DNA of 64,000 bases, from contig OZ245002.1 in assembly GCA_965223415.1 (NCBI GenBank), positions 5,056,001 through 5,120,000 of the forward strand, written 5' to 3'. Below the pieces are notes generated by a model. The model made no database searches and was not told the origin of the DNA. It was given only the letters and a program-made list of their open reading frames with translations. Origin of the DNA: Myxococcota bacterium (GTDB taxonomy: Bacteria; Myxococcota_A; UBA9160; UBA6930). Below, in pieces: positions 35,635 to 45,203 of this stretch; the first letter of the stretch is position 1, and each line of letters opens with the position of its first letter. A program made the translations under genes and the position numbers.

Positions 35635-35982
35635 TCACTCGTCTTCGGGAGGCGGCGCGAGGCCGAGCCGCTCTCCCTGGACGAGGCTCACGGTGGCGTC
35701 GACCAGCACCTTCTCGAGCTCCAGGTAGAGCCCGTCGTGCCCGATCGCCGCCGCCAGGCGGTCCTTGTGTTTCGCGAAATCCAGGAGGATGCCGCCCAGC
35801 AGCTTGCGATCGGCCCGGGCGTACTTCACGACCCGGTTCCAATCGGCCAGCGGCACGTCGATCCGCAGGTCACGGACCTCCTCCAGCTCCGGCGCCAGAT
35901 CGTCGCGCAGGATCGTGAGCGTCACGCTCTTCGCACCCTTGCGTACCTGGGCGCGCCAGAATCGTCCCTGGGAGAGGATCAC
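35635..35982 (-). CDS. Hypothetical protein
   Basis: 115-aa ORF with globular composition and GAGG RBS, inside a co-oriented run. Confidence 0.7.
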   Translation of the reverse strand: MILSQGRFWRAQVRKGAKSVTLTILRDDLAPELEEVRDLRIDVPLADWNRVVKYARADRKLLGGILLDFAKHKDRLAAAIGHDGLYLELEKVLVDATVSLVQGERLGLAPPPEDE

Positions 35983-36013
35983 GGCCTCAGCCCCTCCGGC
36001 TCGTCGGGGAGCG

Positions 36014-37219
36014 TCACGGCGTCACGATCAGCGACTCGCCGTCGCCCTCGTCGTCGACGCCGGCCTCGCCAGGGGCTTCGTCTTCGAGACCGAGCCCGGC
36101 GATGGCCGGACCCAGGGGAATCCACAGCATCGCGCGGGCCAGCGGGTTGTCCCGGGGCTCGCGCTCTTCGAAGGCCGCCGCCGCCGCGAGACAGGCGCGG
36201 GCCGCGTCCTCGTCGCCTCGGCGCCAGAGCAGGAAGGCGGTCTCGCGGAAGCGATGAGCGGTCGTCCCGCCTCGCTCGCCGGAATAGATGGCGTCGGCGC
36301 CGTCGGCCAGCACCCCGTCGAGCTGCTCGCGCTTGGCGGTGCCGGACACGATCAGCGGGCTGTCCATGGCGGTCTGGATCGTGGCGAGGAGCTCGCTCAG
36401 CAGCTCGCGGGGCGGCGGCCAGGGGCCCACGCGACCCTGCTCCACCATCTCGGTGGCGCGCTCGAGCAGCGCGCCCTCGTCGTCGAGCTCCAGCGCTTCG
36501 CGGGCCTGCTCGCCCGGGAGCTTCGCGTCGGCCGGTGCCTCGACGAGCCGGCTGCGGCACTCGCCGAAGCCCCGCGGCAGCCCGCGGTCCTTGGGATGCG
36601 CCTCGAGGGCCCGCGCCACCACGGCCTGGAGCGCCGCCTCCTCGACTGGGATGGCCGGGTGGCCGTCGCGCTCGGTGAGCTGCTTCAGAAACCGGCGCAC
36701 CTTGCCACGGCTCGCCGAATAGCGTTCGAAGGAGAGGATCCCGCGCTCGTCATCCAGGATCACTTCGAGCAGTCGCGTGCCCGAGGTCGGGTGCGGCTCG
36801 ACGAGGACGGCCATGCGCGCACCGGAGGGATCCAGCGGTGTGAGCCAGCTTCCCTCGAGGCTCTCCTCCGACGGGGCGAGGGCGGCCACCTTGGGAGCCG
36901 GCGCCTCCTCCCGGACGGCGACGCCCCGAGAACGCAGCCGGTGCTTCAGGCGCCGCAGCGCCTTGCCTCCGGCCTTGCTCAGGTCGGCTTCGGGCAGCTC
37001 CGCGACCAGCTCGGCGCCGCGGGGCTCCGCCTCCCAGGCTTCGGCCAGCTCGATGGCATCCTCGGGATGGTGATCGAGGAGCCAGCCCAGGACGCGGGCC
37101 GCGGCCTCGGGCGCCAGCTCCTCCAGCAGGCGATGGGCATCTCCGTTGGCGGGCCGGATCGCGTCCGCATCGCTGGGCAACGCACCCGCCGCCGCCTCCA
37201 GGGCCTCGGCCAGGCTCAC
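36014..37219 (-). CDS. Hypothetical protein
   Basis: 401-aa ORF overlapping the cutA stop by 4 nt; host-like codon usage. Confidence 0.75.
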   Translation of the reverse strand: MSLAEALEAAAGALPSDADAIRPANGDAHRLLEELAPEAAARVLGWLLDHHPEDAIELAEAWEAEPRGAELVAELPEADLSKAGGKALRRLKHRLRSRGVAVREEAPAPKVAALAPSEESLEGSWLTPLDPSGARMAVLVEPHPTSGTRLLEVILDDERGILSFERYSASRGKVRRFLKQLTERDGHPAIPVEEAALQAVVARALEAHPKDRGLPRGFGECRSRLVEAPADAKLPGEQAREALELDDEGALLERATEMVEQGRVGPWPPPRELLSELLATIQTAMDSPLIVSGTAKREQLDGVLADGADAIYSGERGGTTAHRFRETAFLLWRRGDEDAARACLAAAAAFEEREPRDNPLARAMLWIPLGPAIAGLGLEDEAPGEAGVDDEGDGESLIVTP

Positions 37220-37563
37220 GCCGAGGCCTCGGCACGCACCCAGTCGAGATAGTCGGCGCTCCCGCCGTCCACCGCCAGGACGAGCACCTCCGGCACGTCG
37301 TAGGGATGGAGCTCCCGAACCCGGGTGGTGAGGTTCTCGAGACGGTCCGCTCGGGTCTTCACCAAGAGCAGTACCTCCGCGTCATCCTGGATCTCCCCCT
37401 CCCACCGGTAGATCGAGCGCAGGCCGGGCACGACGTTGACGCAGGCAGCCAGGCGCTCGTCGACGAGGGCGCGGCCCAGGCGGGCGCCGGCCTCCGCGTC
37501 CGGGGCGGTCACCAGCACCAGCCGCAAGGCGTCTCCGCCGTCTCGTCCCCCCTCCAGGGTCAT
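37216..37563 (-). CDS. cutA: Divalent-cation tolerance protein CutA
   Basis: LVDERLAACVN, SIYRWEG, HPYDVPE, YLDWV. Confidence 0.95.
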   Translation of the reverse strand: MTLEGGRDGGDALRLVLVTAPDAEAGARLGRALVDERLAACVNVVPGLRSIYRWEGEIQDDAEVLLLVKTRADRLENLTTRVRELHPYDVPEVLVLAVDGGSADYLDWVRAEASA

Positions 37564-38711
37564 CGGGAATCCAGCAGTTTCTCGTGTTCCGCGAGCGCGA
37601 ACCGGTCGGTCATGCCCGCGATGTAGTCGGCAATCGCGCGAGCTTCGCCTTCCTCGGGGAATCGCGCCACTACGTGTGCCGGAAGCCGCCCGGGATCCCG
37701 CCGGTAGGCCTCGAAGAGGCCCCCGATCACCTCCTCCGCGACCCGGCTGCGGCCCACGACGTCGGGATGGTGGTACATGTGAACCGAAAGGAACTCCTTG
37801 AGGTTCGCCTTAAGCTCCCGGATCTCGGACGAAAAACCGATCAGCCGTTGCGAGGTACGAACCTCGTCCGCCGAGCCCGGGGCTCGCTCCGCCAGCCCTG
37901 CGGCCGAGGCCTCCAGCAGGTCCGTCACGAGCCGGTTGATGAGCGCGACGATCACCTGGGCGCCCTGCACGGGCGGCGCCAGGGTGCCGTGCTGCACCTC
38001 CACGTGGCGCCTGCACTCGGCCCAGAGCGGCACCGCGTCGAGCTGGCCCGGCTGCAGCAGGCCCGAGCGCAGCCCGTCGTCGAGATCGTGGTTCAGGTAG
38101 GCGATTTCGTCGGACTGGTCGGCGACCTGCGCTTCCAGGCTCGGGCTCCGGGCGAGCTCCGGCAGGGGCGCCGGATGCTCCCAGTCGCTGCCGTGCTTCA
38201 GGATCCCCTCCCGGGTCTCGTGGGTGAGGTTCAGGCCGCGGAAGCCCGGGTAGCGATCCTCCAGCCAGTCGACGATGCGGAGGGTCTGGCGATTGTGGTC
38301 GAAGCCGCCTGCTTCCTTCATCCACTCGTCGAGTACGCGCTCACCGGCGTGACCGAAGGGCGTGTGGCCCAGATCGTGGGCCAGGGCGACGGCCTCCGCC
38401 AGCTCCTCGTGGAGGCGCAGGCCGCGGGCCAGGGTGCGCGCGATCTGGCTGCCCTCGAGGGTGTGGGTGAGGCGATTGCGCTCGTGGTCTCCCTCGTGGA
38501 AGACGAACACCTGGGTCTTGTACTCGAGCCGGCGAAAGGCACGACTGTGGACGACCCGGTCGCGATCCCGGGCGAAGGCCGTGCGGTGGCGGTGCTCCGG
38601 CTCCGGGTGGACCCGTCCGCGGGAGTCGCCGCTCTTCTGGGCGAAGGGCGCGAGGCGCGCGCGTTCCTCCGCCTCGCGATCCTCGCGGGTCGCGATCAGC
38701 GATCGGCTCAC
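37560..38711 (-). CDS. dgt: Deoxyguanosinetriphosphate triphosphohydrolase (HD family)
   Basis: FARDRDRVVHSRAFRRLEYKTQV, RLTHTLE, HDLGHTPFGHAGE, DYIAGMTDRFA. Confidence 0.95.
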   Translation of the reverse strand: MSRSLIATREDREAEERARLAPFAQKSGDSRGRVHPEPEHRHRTAFARDRDRVVHSRAFRRLEYKTQVFVFHEGDHERNRLTHTLEGSQIARTLARGLRLHEELAEAVALAHDLGHTPFGHAGERVLDEWMKEAGGFDHNRQTLRIVDWLEDRYPGFRGLNLTHETREGILKHGSDWEHPAPLPELARSPSLEAQVADQSDEIAYLNHDLDDGLRSGLLQPGQLDAVPLWAECRRHVEVQHGTLAPPVQGAQVIVALINRLVTDLLEASAAGLAERAPGSADEVRTSQRLIGFSSEIRELKANLKEFLSVHMYHHPDVVGRSRVAEEVIGGLFEAYRRDPGRLPAHVVARFPEEGEARAIADYIAGMTDRFALAEHEKLLDSR

Positions 38712-38890
38712 GGCGCCTCCTCCCGTGAATCGCGAAGCACCCGCTCCAGCTCCGCGCGGGAGGGCTCGTCGATGGGCTCGTGAGGCGGCGTCGCCTGCGA
38801 ACCGTCGCTGCGCACGTCCATCGTGACCAACGCCCAGGCTGCCAGCGCGGCCAGGGCGAGGGCCACCCATGCCATAGGCCCGCGCGTCAC
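38708..38890 (-). CDS. Small single-TM hypothetical protein (about 60 aa)
   Basis: AGGAGG RBS + GTG; WVALALAALAAWALV helix; stop overlaps the dgt start. Confidence 0.6.
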   Translation of the reverse strand: MTRGPMAWVALALAALAAWALVTMDVRSDGSQATPPHEPIDEPSRAELERVLRDSREEAP

Positions 38891-39042
38891 GAGAACACCT
38901 CCTGGGACCGACGTGGAGAGCGTGGGTCGGGGTGAGGGGCGGGGGACCGGGGGAGATGAAGAGCGTAGCCCCGGCGACCGGCCCCGGCACGGCGCCCCGG
39001 ACCGGACCGAGAGAGGCGCCGGATCACGGCTAGCATTCCGCC

Positions 39043-40158
39043 ATGGACGCCCCGCCCGATCGCCTGCTCCTCGGCCCCGGCCCGTCGAACGCCCACCCGC
39101 GCGTGCTCGAAGCCATGTCCCGCCCACTCCTCGGTCATCTCGACCCGGCCTTCCTGGCCCTGATGGACGAGGCCCAGGAGCGGCTGCGTCGCCTGTTCGG
39201 CACCGAGAACCCGCTCACCCTCCCCCTCTCCGCCACCGGGAGCGCGGGGATGGAGGCGTGCCTGAGCAACCTGCTCGAGCCCGGCGACGATGTAGTGGTC
39301 GGCGTGGCGGGCGTGTTCGGCGAGCGCATGAGCGAGGTGGCGAGCCGCATCGGCGCACGGGTCACCCGGGTGGAGGCCGAGTGGGGGACCGCCCTCGACC
39401 CGGCGGCGATGGAGGCCGCGGTGACGCGGGTCGCCCCGAAGGTGGTGGCCTTCGTGCACGCGGAGACGTCCACCGGCGTGCTTCAGCCCGTGCCGCCGAT
39501 CGCCGGGCCGGCTCGCGAGGCCGGCGCCTTCGTGGTACTCGACTGCGTCACCTCTCTCGCGGGGCTGTCGCTGGAGCTCGATGCCTGGGGGATCGACGCG
39601 GCCTACAGCGGCACCCAGAAGTGTCTCTCGATCCCGCCGGGTCTCTCGCCGGCCTCGTTCAGCGAGCGCGCGGTGGAGCGGGTGCGCGGGCGCCGGAAGA
39701 AGGTGCAGAGCTGGTACTTCGACGTCTCCCTGCTCGCCGGCTACTACGGCGGCGAGCGCGCCTATCATCACACGGCGCCCATCTCGGCGATCTACGGACT
39801 GGTCGAGGGCCTGCGCGTGGTCGAAGAAGAAGGCCTGCCCGCCCGGGAAGCCCGCCATCGCGAGGCCCAGCGCGTCCTCCTCCAACGCCTGGCCACCCTG
39901 GGCTTCGAGCCCCTGGTCGACGAGGCCGTGCGGCTGCCGCCGCTCACGACCCTGCGCCTGCCGCCCGCGGTCCAGAACGCGGGCGAGGCCGCCGTGCGGC
40001 GCCGGCTTCTGGACGAGCACGGCATCGAGGTCGGCGGCGGCCTGGGCAAGCTCGCGGGCGGCGTGTGGCGAGTCGGCCTCATGGGCGAGAACGCCCGGCC
40101 CGAAAGCGTGGCGCGGCTCGAGAACGCCCTACATGCCGTGCTCGGGGATGCTGCTTGA
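39043..40158 (+). CDS. Alanine-glyoxylate/serine-pyruvate aminotransferase (class V PLP)
   Basis: RLLLGPGPS, VHAETSTGV, DCVTSL, SGTQKCL, YHHTAP. Confidence 0.92.
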   Translation: MDAPPDRLLLGPGPSNAHPRVLEAMSRPLLGHLDPAFLALMDEAQERLRRLFGTENPLTLPLSATGSAGMEACLSNLLEPGDDVVVGVAGVFGERMSEVASRIGARVTRVEAEWGTALDPAAMEAAVTRVAPKVVAFVHAETSTGVLQPVPPIAGPAREAGAFVVLDCVTSLAGLSLELDAWGIDAAYSGTQKCLSIPPGLSPASFSERAVERVRGRRKKVQSWYFDVSLLAGYYGGERAYHHTAPISAIYGLVEGLRVVEEEGLPAREARHREAQRVLLQRLATLGFEPLVDEAVRLPPLTTLRLPPAVQNAGEAAVRRRLLDEHGIEVGGGLGKLAGGVWRVGLMGENARPESVARLENALHAVLGDAA

Positions 40159-40184
40159 CCGCGCCGCGCGGCGGCTGCTAACCC
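40155..40184 (+). promoter_or_regulatory. Candidate sigma70 promoter for the riboswitch leader
   Basis: TTGACC-N18-TAACCC with extended -10 TG. Confidence 0.4.
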
Positions 40185-40200
40185 TGCGCCAACAGAAACG

Positions 40201-40449
40201 CCCGGGCGCCCCGCAAGGCCCGAGCCGAACGAGCGTTCGGCTCGGTGGGAAGGTCGTGAGAATCGACCGCGGTCGCGCCACTGTGATAGGGGAGCTTCGC
40301 ACGCCAGAGCCACTGGGCCGACCTCGCCGATCCCGACGGGATCCGGACGCGGCCGGCCTGGGAAGGAAGCCGCGGAGCGCCAGCGGCCCCCCGATACCCG
40401 AGGACCAGGGGGACCCGCCGACACCCTTCAGCCAGGACACCTGCCCGGG
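40201..40449 (+). promoter_or_regulatory. Cobalamin (AdoCbl) riboswitch
   Basis: GGGAA-GGTCG-TGAGAAT-CGACC...GCCACTGTGA...AGCCACTGG...CTGGGAAGG...AGCCAGGACACCTGCC; ends pair (CCCGGGC/GCCCGGG); upstream of a TonB-dependent receptor. Confidence 0.92.
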
Positions 40450-40578
40450 ACGAAAGACGCAGCGGCTCTCCGCGAAAGGGAGCGACGCGGCGAGGTGCCC
40501 AGTGATCCGCTGAAGGAGACGGGCTCCTCCTCCTTCGCTCGCCCGCCATGAACGGAGAGCGGCGGCAGGAGGCCCGAC

Positions 40579-42747
40579 ATGGCCCAGGCACGACGAGACC
40601 GGCGCGTCCACCGGCTCCCGCTCCGCAGCTTCTTCCTCTCCCTCCCGATCGCCCTGCTGACCGGCGGCGCCTGGGCCGAAGAGCCGGACGTACTGGCGCC
40701 CAGCCCGCCGCCGGAGCCCCCGGTGATCGACGTCCGCGAGGTGACGATCACCACCGGGCGCAGCGAGCAGGATCTCCTCGACGTGCCCGCCCACGTGACC
40801 GTGATCGATCGCGAGACGATCGAGCAGAGCGGCGTGCGGACGGTTCCGGACATCCTGCGGCGCGAGGCCGGGGTCTACGTCCAGAACACCACCACGAATC
40901 CCGAGGGCTTCACGGTGGAGACGCGCGGCTTCAACAACGGCGCGGGCAACGGCGGGCGCACCCTGGTGCTGCTCGACGATCGGCCTCTGAACGAGCCCGG
41001 CTCCGGCAGCGTGGACTGGTCCTTCGTGTCCCTCGACAACATCGAGCGCATCGAAGTCGTGCGCGGGCCGGTGAGTGCCGCCTGGGGAGATCACGCCATC
41101 GGCGGCGTCGTGCACATCATCACTCGCCACCCCACGGAGGACGGGGTCCGCGCGACCTTGCGCGGGCAGTCTGGCACCTACGACCTGGATGCCGGCAGCG
41201 TCTTCCTCGAGGGCAAGGCGGGCGCGGTCTCCGCGACGGCCTTCTTCGACGACTACAAGACGAAGGGCTTCCGCGAACGCGCCGACTTCCGGAACAAGAA
41301 GGGCGAGCTCGACCTTCGCTTCCAGCTCGGAGATCGGGGACAGCTCCGCGTGAAGGGGGGCTACTCGACCTCCCATCGCAAGCGACCCGGCGCCCTGGAG
41401 CAGTTCGAGATCGACGAAGACCGTCGCCAGGCGGAGCCGGGCACCCTCGACGACTTCAACTCCGGGCGTGAGCGCTACGTCGAAGCCGAGCTCGACCTGC
41501 GGCTGACGGACTACCTCACGGTCAACCTCCATCCCTGGCATCGGCGCCTGACGGACCGGGCGGCGCTCTCGAGCTTCTCCAGCTCGGCGTTCTTCGGAAC
41601 GGTCTTCGACACCACGAGCTCCTTCGAGACCGACGGCGAGGGCGACGAGCTCGGCCTCTCGGGCCAGCTCCAGTTCGACTTCGAGCTGCTGGGGCGCCCC
41701 AACCGCCTGCTGATCGGGGGCGACGTCCTCCAGGAGGACGTGGACAACGACAGCCTGTTCCTCTCGACCACCACCTCCACGCCGTCGTTCGGACCGCCCT
41801 CGGTCTTCGAGTCCCGCACGTCGAACCGCGCCCGTCGGAAGACCTGGGGAGCCTTTCTCCAGAACGACCTCGAGATCCACGACCGGGTGTCGCTCTCCTT
41901 CGGCGTGAGGCGAGACCGCATCCGGGTGGCGGGGAGGAACCGCCTGGCCATGGTCGGGATGCAGGCGTTCGAGGCCCGGCAGACCGCCTGGGGGCCCCGA
42001 GCCGGCATCACCGTGCGCCTGACCGAGCCCCTCTCGGTCTACGTGTCCTACACCCGGGGCTATCGCTTCCCCAACCTGAACGAGCTGTTCCGCTTCTTCG
42101 GCACCAACGATCCCCTCCGGCCCGAGAAATCGGACAGCTACGAGGTCGGCTTCAAGCTCCACACGGAACGGGTCACGCTCGACGCCGCCGTCTACTCGAT
42201 GAATGTCCAGGACGAGATCTTCTTCGACCCGTTCGCGGGAACTTTCGGCCAGGACGTCAACCTGCAGCGCGTGCGCCACCGCGGCATCGAGCTGTCGGGA
42301 AGCGTGCGGCCGTGCGGGTGGCTCGAGCTCTACGGGAGTTACACCTACGACGGCACCAAGATCGCGCGGGACAACCTCACCTTCCTCGAGGGCAACCGCA
42401 TCCCCATCACCCCGCGTCACCGCGGCACTGCCGGCGTGCGGCTCCTGCTTCCGTGGGGCTTCGAGGCCGGGCTGAACGGAAACTTCGTCGGAGCCCGCTT
42501 CGCGGCCAATGACCTGCGGGAAGCCGCCCCGAAGCTCGGCAAGTTCGCGAGCTACGACGCGCGCCTGGCCTGGAAAGGCGAGCTCACCGAATGGCTCGAG
42601 GTCGGGGCCGACTTCACGGTGCACAACCTCACGAACCGTCGCTACGTCGAGAACGGTGGCTTCAGCACGTTCTTCGGGACGGTCGGCTTCTTCCCCTCTC
42701 CGGACCGGCACTACGCAGCCGGCATCCGCATCACCCTGAGGCGCTGA
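40579..42747 (+). CDS. btuB: TonB-dependent receptor, probably cobalamin (BtuB-like)
   Basis: Plug VTVIDRETIE...IERIEVVRGPVSAAWG...GGVVHIIT; beta-barrel C-terminus; preceded by the B12 riboswitch. Confidence 0.85.
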   Translation: MAQARRDRRVHRLPLRSFFLSLPIALLTGGAWAEEPDVLAPSPPPEPPVIDVREVTITTGRSEQDLLDVPAHVTVIDRETIEQSGVRTVPDILRREAGVYVQNTTTNPEGFTVETRGFNNGAGNGGRTLVLLDDRPLNEPGSGSVDWSFVSLDNIERIEVVRGPVSAAWGDHAIGGVVHIITRHPTEDGVRATLRGQSGTYDLDAGSVFLEGKAGAVSATAFFDDYKTKGFRERADFRNKKGELDLRFQLGDRGQLRVKGGYSTSHRKRPGALEQFEIDEDRRQAEPGTLDDFNSGRERYVEAELDLRLTDYLTVNLHPWHRRLTDRAALSSFSSSAFFGTVFDTTSSFETDGEGDELGLSGQLQFDFELLGRPNRLLIGGDVLQEDVDNDSLFLSTTTSTPSFGPPSVFESRTSNRARRKTWGAFLQNDLEIHDRVSLSFGVRRDRIRVAGRNRLAMVGMQAFEARQTAWGPRAGITVRLTEPLSVYVSYTRGYRFPNLNELFRFFGTNDPLRPEKSDSYEVGFKLHTERVTLDAAVYSMNVQDEIFFDPFAGTFGQDVNLQRVRHRGIELSGSVRPCGWLELYGSYTYDGTKIARDNLTFLEGNRIPITPRHRGTAGVRLLLPWGFEAGLNGNFVGARFAANDLREAAPKLGKFASYDARLAWKGELTEWLEVGADFTVHNLTNRRYVENGGFSTFFGTVGFFPSPDRHYAAGIRITLRR

Positions 42748-42749
42748 TC

Positions 42750-43166
42750 ATGGGACACGGGCTCGCACTGCTCTCGATCGGAATCGCGCTCCTCGCCGCC
42801 GCGATCAGCTACGCCGAGGCCGCCTCGACCTCCCGGCCGCTGGTGAAGCCGGAGCACGTCGACGCCATGCCCTCAGGCCCGAGCGCCCTGGCCCGCATCG
42901 AGGAGATCCGGCGCCGGGTGCAGGAGGCGGTCGTCTACCCGAAGGAGGCACGGCGGCGCGGCATCGAAGGCACGGCCCGCATCCAGTTCCTGGTGGGGGC
43001 GGACGGTCGGGCCACGGAGGTCTCGACGGTCGAGAGCTCCGGGAGCGCGCTCCTCGATGCGGCGGCCGAGCGCGGCGCCCGGGAGGCGGCCCCCCTGCCC
43101 TACGTGTTCGGTCGCTTGCGGATCCCGGTGGTCTTCCAGGTCACGAGCGTCGGACCGTCTCGCTAG
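42750..43166 (+). CDS. TonB C-terminal domain protein
   Basis: YPKEARRRGIEG, SSGSALLDAAA. Confidence 0.85.
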   Translation: MGHGLALLSIGIALLAAAISYAEAASTSRPLVKPEHVDAMPSGPSALARIEEIRRRVQEAVVYPKEARRRGIEGTARIQFLVGADGRATEVSTVESSGSALLDAAAERGAREAAPLPYVFGRLRIPVVFQVTSVGPSR

Positions 43167-45115
43167 GAGGGCGAGCCCGAGCGCAGCGCCTTCTCGACCT
43201 TCTCGATCAGCGTCTTCATGGGGGCAGGCTTGCGGAGGACCCCGGCCAGCCCCGCGCCGCGGAAACGTGCCATCAGCTCCTCTTCCGCGAAGCCGCTGTT
43301 CAGGATGACCCGAACGTCGCTGCGAATCTCCTGGAGCTGCGCGAAGGCCTCTTCCCCGCCGAGCTTCGGCATGTTGAGATCGAGCAGGACGCAATCGAAG
43401 CCGTCCGGATCGCTTCGGAAGGCGTCGACGGCCTGCTGGCCGTCTTCGACCTCCACGACGCGGTAGCCCGCCGTCTCGAGCATCGCTACGAGGACGACCC
43501 GCACGGCCTTCTCGTCCTCGGCCACGAGGATCCGCCTGGCCTTCGGTGCCCCGGCAGACGACGCCGCGCTCGCCGGGTCTCGTGGGTCCAGCGGCGTGAT
43601 CGGTAGCCAGACGGTGAAGGTCGTGCCGCTCCCCAGCTGGCTCTCGACCGAAATCGCGCCCTTGTGGGATTTCACGATTCCCAGGACCGCCGCCAGGCCG
43701 AGGCCATGGCCGGTGCGCTTCGTGGTGAAGAAGGGATCGAAGATCTTCGCGATCGTCTCCGGGCCCATGCCCTCGCCGGAGTCGCCCACCTGAACGCGGA
43801 TGTAGTCGCCCGGGCTCAACCGCGGGAAGGAGCCGATCTCCTGGACCTCTTCCGGGCCCAGCCGGACCGCCCGGGTGCCGACCACGATCTGCCCGGCCTC
43901 GTCCCCGATCGCGTCCGAGGCGTTCGTCATCAGGTTCATGAAGACCTGGCGGAGATGACTCTGGTCACCGAATACCCCGATCGGCGCGTCATGCATCTCG
44001 AAGGACATCGACACCTTCTTCGAGAGCGCGGCCATCATGAGGTCGCCGAGCTCCTTCACCAGGAGGCTGCAGTCGAGCACCTCCTTCGAGCTGGAGCCCC
44101 GACCCGCGTAGGCCAATATCTGCTTGCACAGATCGGACGCCGCCTCGCAGGTGGACACGATCGTGTCGAGGTTCGAGCGGGCCGGCGAATCCTCCGGGAG
44201 GGTGAACGATGCAAGCTCCGCGTTGCCCATCACCGCGGCCATCAGGTTGTTGAAGTCGTGGGCGACGCCGCCGGCGAGCACGCCGATCGCCTCGGCCTTG
44301 GTCGCCTCACGGAGCTGCTCTGCCATCCGGTCGTGCTCGATCGCCAGGCCGACCATGCGTGCCGCGATCTCCAGCAGCTCCATGTCGAAGGGCCCGGGCG
44401 CTGCAGGCTCGTCCTTGTAGAGTGCCATCGCGCCGAGGACCTCATCCCCGGTGGCGCCGGTGACCGGGACGGACCAGCACGCCGACACGCCGGCGATCTT
44501 CGCGGCTTCGCGCAGATCCTTCCACAGCGGGTCCTCGTAGATGTTCTCCACGACGACTGGCACGTTCCAGTACGCGGCGGTGCCGCAAGAGCCGACGGTG
44601 GGCCCGATCCGGAGCCCCTGGACCGCCCGGTTGTACTCCGGCGGCATGCTGGGGCCTGCACCCACGGACACGTGCTCGCCGTCCGACTCGACCAACAGGA
44701 TCGACGATCGGCATCCGTCCACCTTCGACTCGACGATGCGGACCATCGTTTCGAGGGTCTCGGTGAGCGAGCTCTTCGACCGGGACGGGGCCTCCGACAG
44801 ATCGACCGAGGCCTGGTGGGTGCGATGGGACTGGGCCAGGGCGACGACCCGGCCGTCGTCGGTGCGTACGCGCCAACGCAGCGTCCTCCACTCGCGGTCC
44901 CGCGTCTGGTGCCGCGCGAGGAGCTCACCTTCTCCGCTCTCGAGGGCTCGTCGTAGCGCGGCTCGATCGTCGGGATGCACCCACTCGATCAGCGGCCTGG
45001 CGACGAGGTCCTCGACCCGGAGCCCGTACTCGGCCGTGAACGACGGGTTGATGCGCGGGGCTTCGCCCGGCTCGGTAGATCGGAGCAGCATGGGCTGTCG
45101 GGAGACGGATGCCAT
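43163..45115 (-). CDS. PAS-GAF hybrid histidine kinase with C-terminal receiver
   Basis: VHPDD; GSCGTAAY; AHDFNNL; FDPFFTTK..GHGLGL; LLDLNMP. Confidence 0.92.
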   Translation of the reverse strand: MASVSRQPMLLRSTEPGEAPRINPSFTAEYGLRVEDLVARPLIEWVHPDDRAALRRALESGEGELLARHQTRDREWRTLRWRVRTDDGRVVALAQSHRTHQASVDLSEAPSRSKSSLTETLETMVRIVESKVDGCRSSILLVESDGEHVSVGAGPSMPPEYNRAVQGLRIGPTVGSCGTAAYWNVPVVVENIYEDPLWKDLREAAKIAGVSACWSVPVTGATGDEVLGAMALYKDEPAAPGPFDMELLEIAARMVGLAIEHDRMAEQLREATKAEAIGVLAGGVAHDFNNLMAAVMGNAELASFTLPEDSPARSNLDTIVSTCEAASDLCKQILAYAGRGSSSKEVLDCSLLVKELGDLMMAALSKKVSMSFEMHDAPIGVFGDQSHLRQVFMNLMTNASDAIGDEAGQIVVGTRAVRLGPEEVQEIGSFPRLSPGDYIRVQVGDSGEGMGPETIAKIFDPFFTTKRTGHGLGLAAVLGIVKSHKGAISVESQLGSGTTFTVWLPITPLDPRDPASAASSAGAPKARRILVAEDEKAVRVVLVAMLETAGYRVVEVEDGQQAVDAFRSDPDGFDCVLLDLNMPKLGGEEAFAQLQEIRSDVRVILNSGFAEEELMARFRGAGLAGVLRKPAPMKTLIEKVEKALRSGSPS

Positions 45116-45123
45116 GCCGGAGT

Positions 45124-45150
45124 GTATCGGCCCCCCGTCGGAATCGCTGA
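45124..45150 (-). promoter_or_regulatory. Candidate sigma28 (FliA-type) promoter
   Basis: TCAG-N15-GCCGATAC ending 8 nt before the ATG. Confidence 0.5.
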
Positions 45151-45203
45151 CGGAGTTCTCGGCACCAGTGCGTGCTCTTCGGAGTGCGCGTAGGGTAAAC
45201 GCT

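Noticed and set aside
37560..38711. Anti-phage dGTPase
   Set aside because: Ordinary short Dgt in a host-like housekeeping run with cutA and queE; no defence context.
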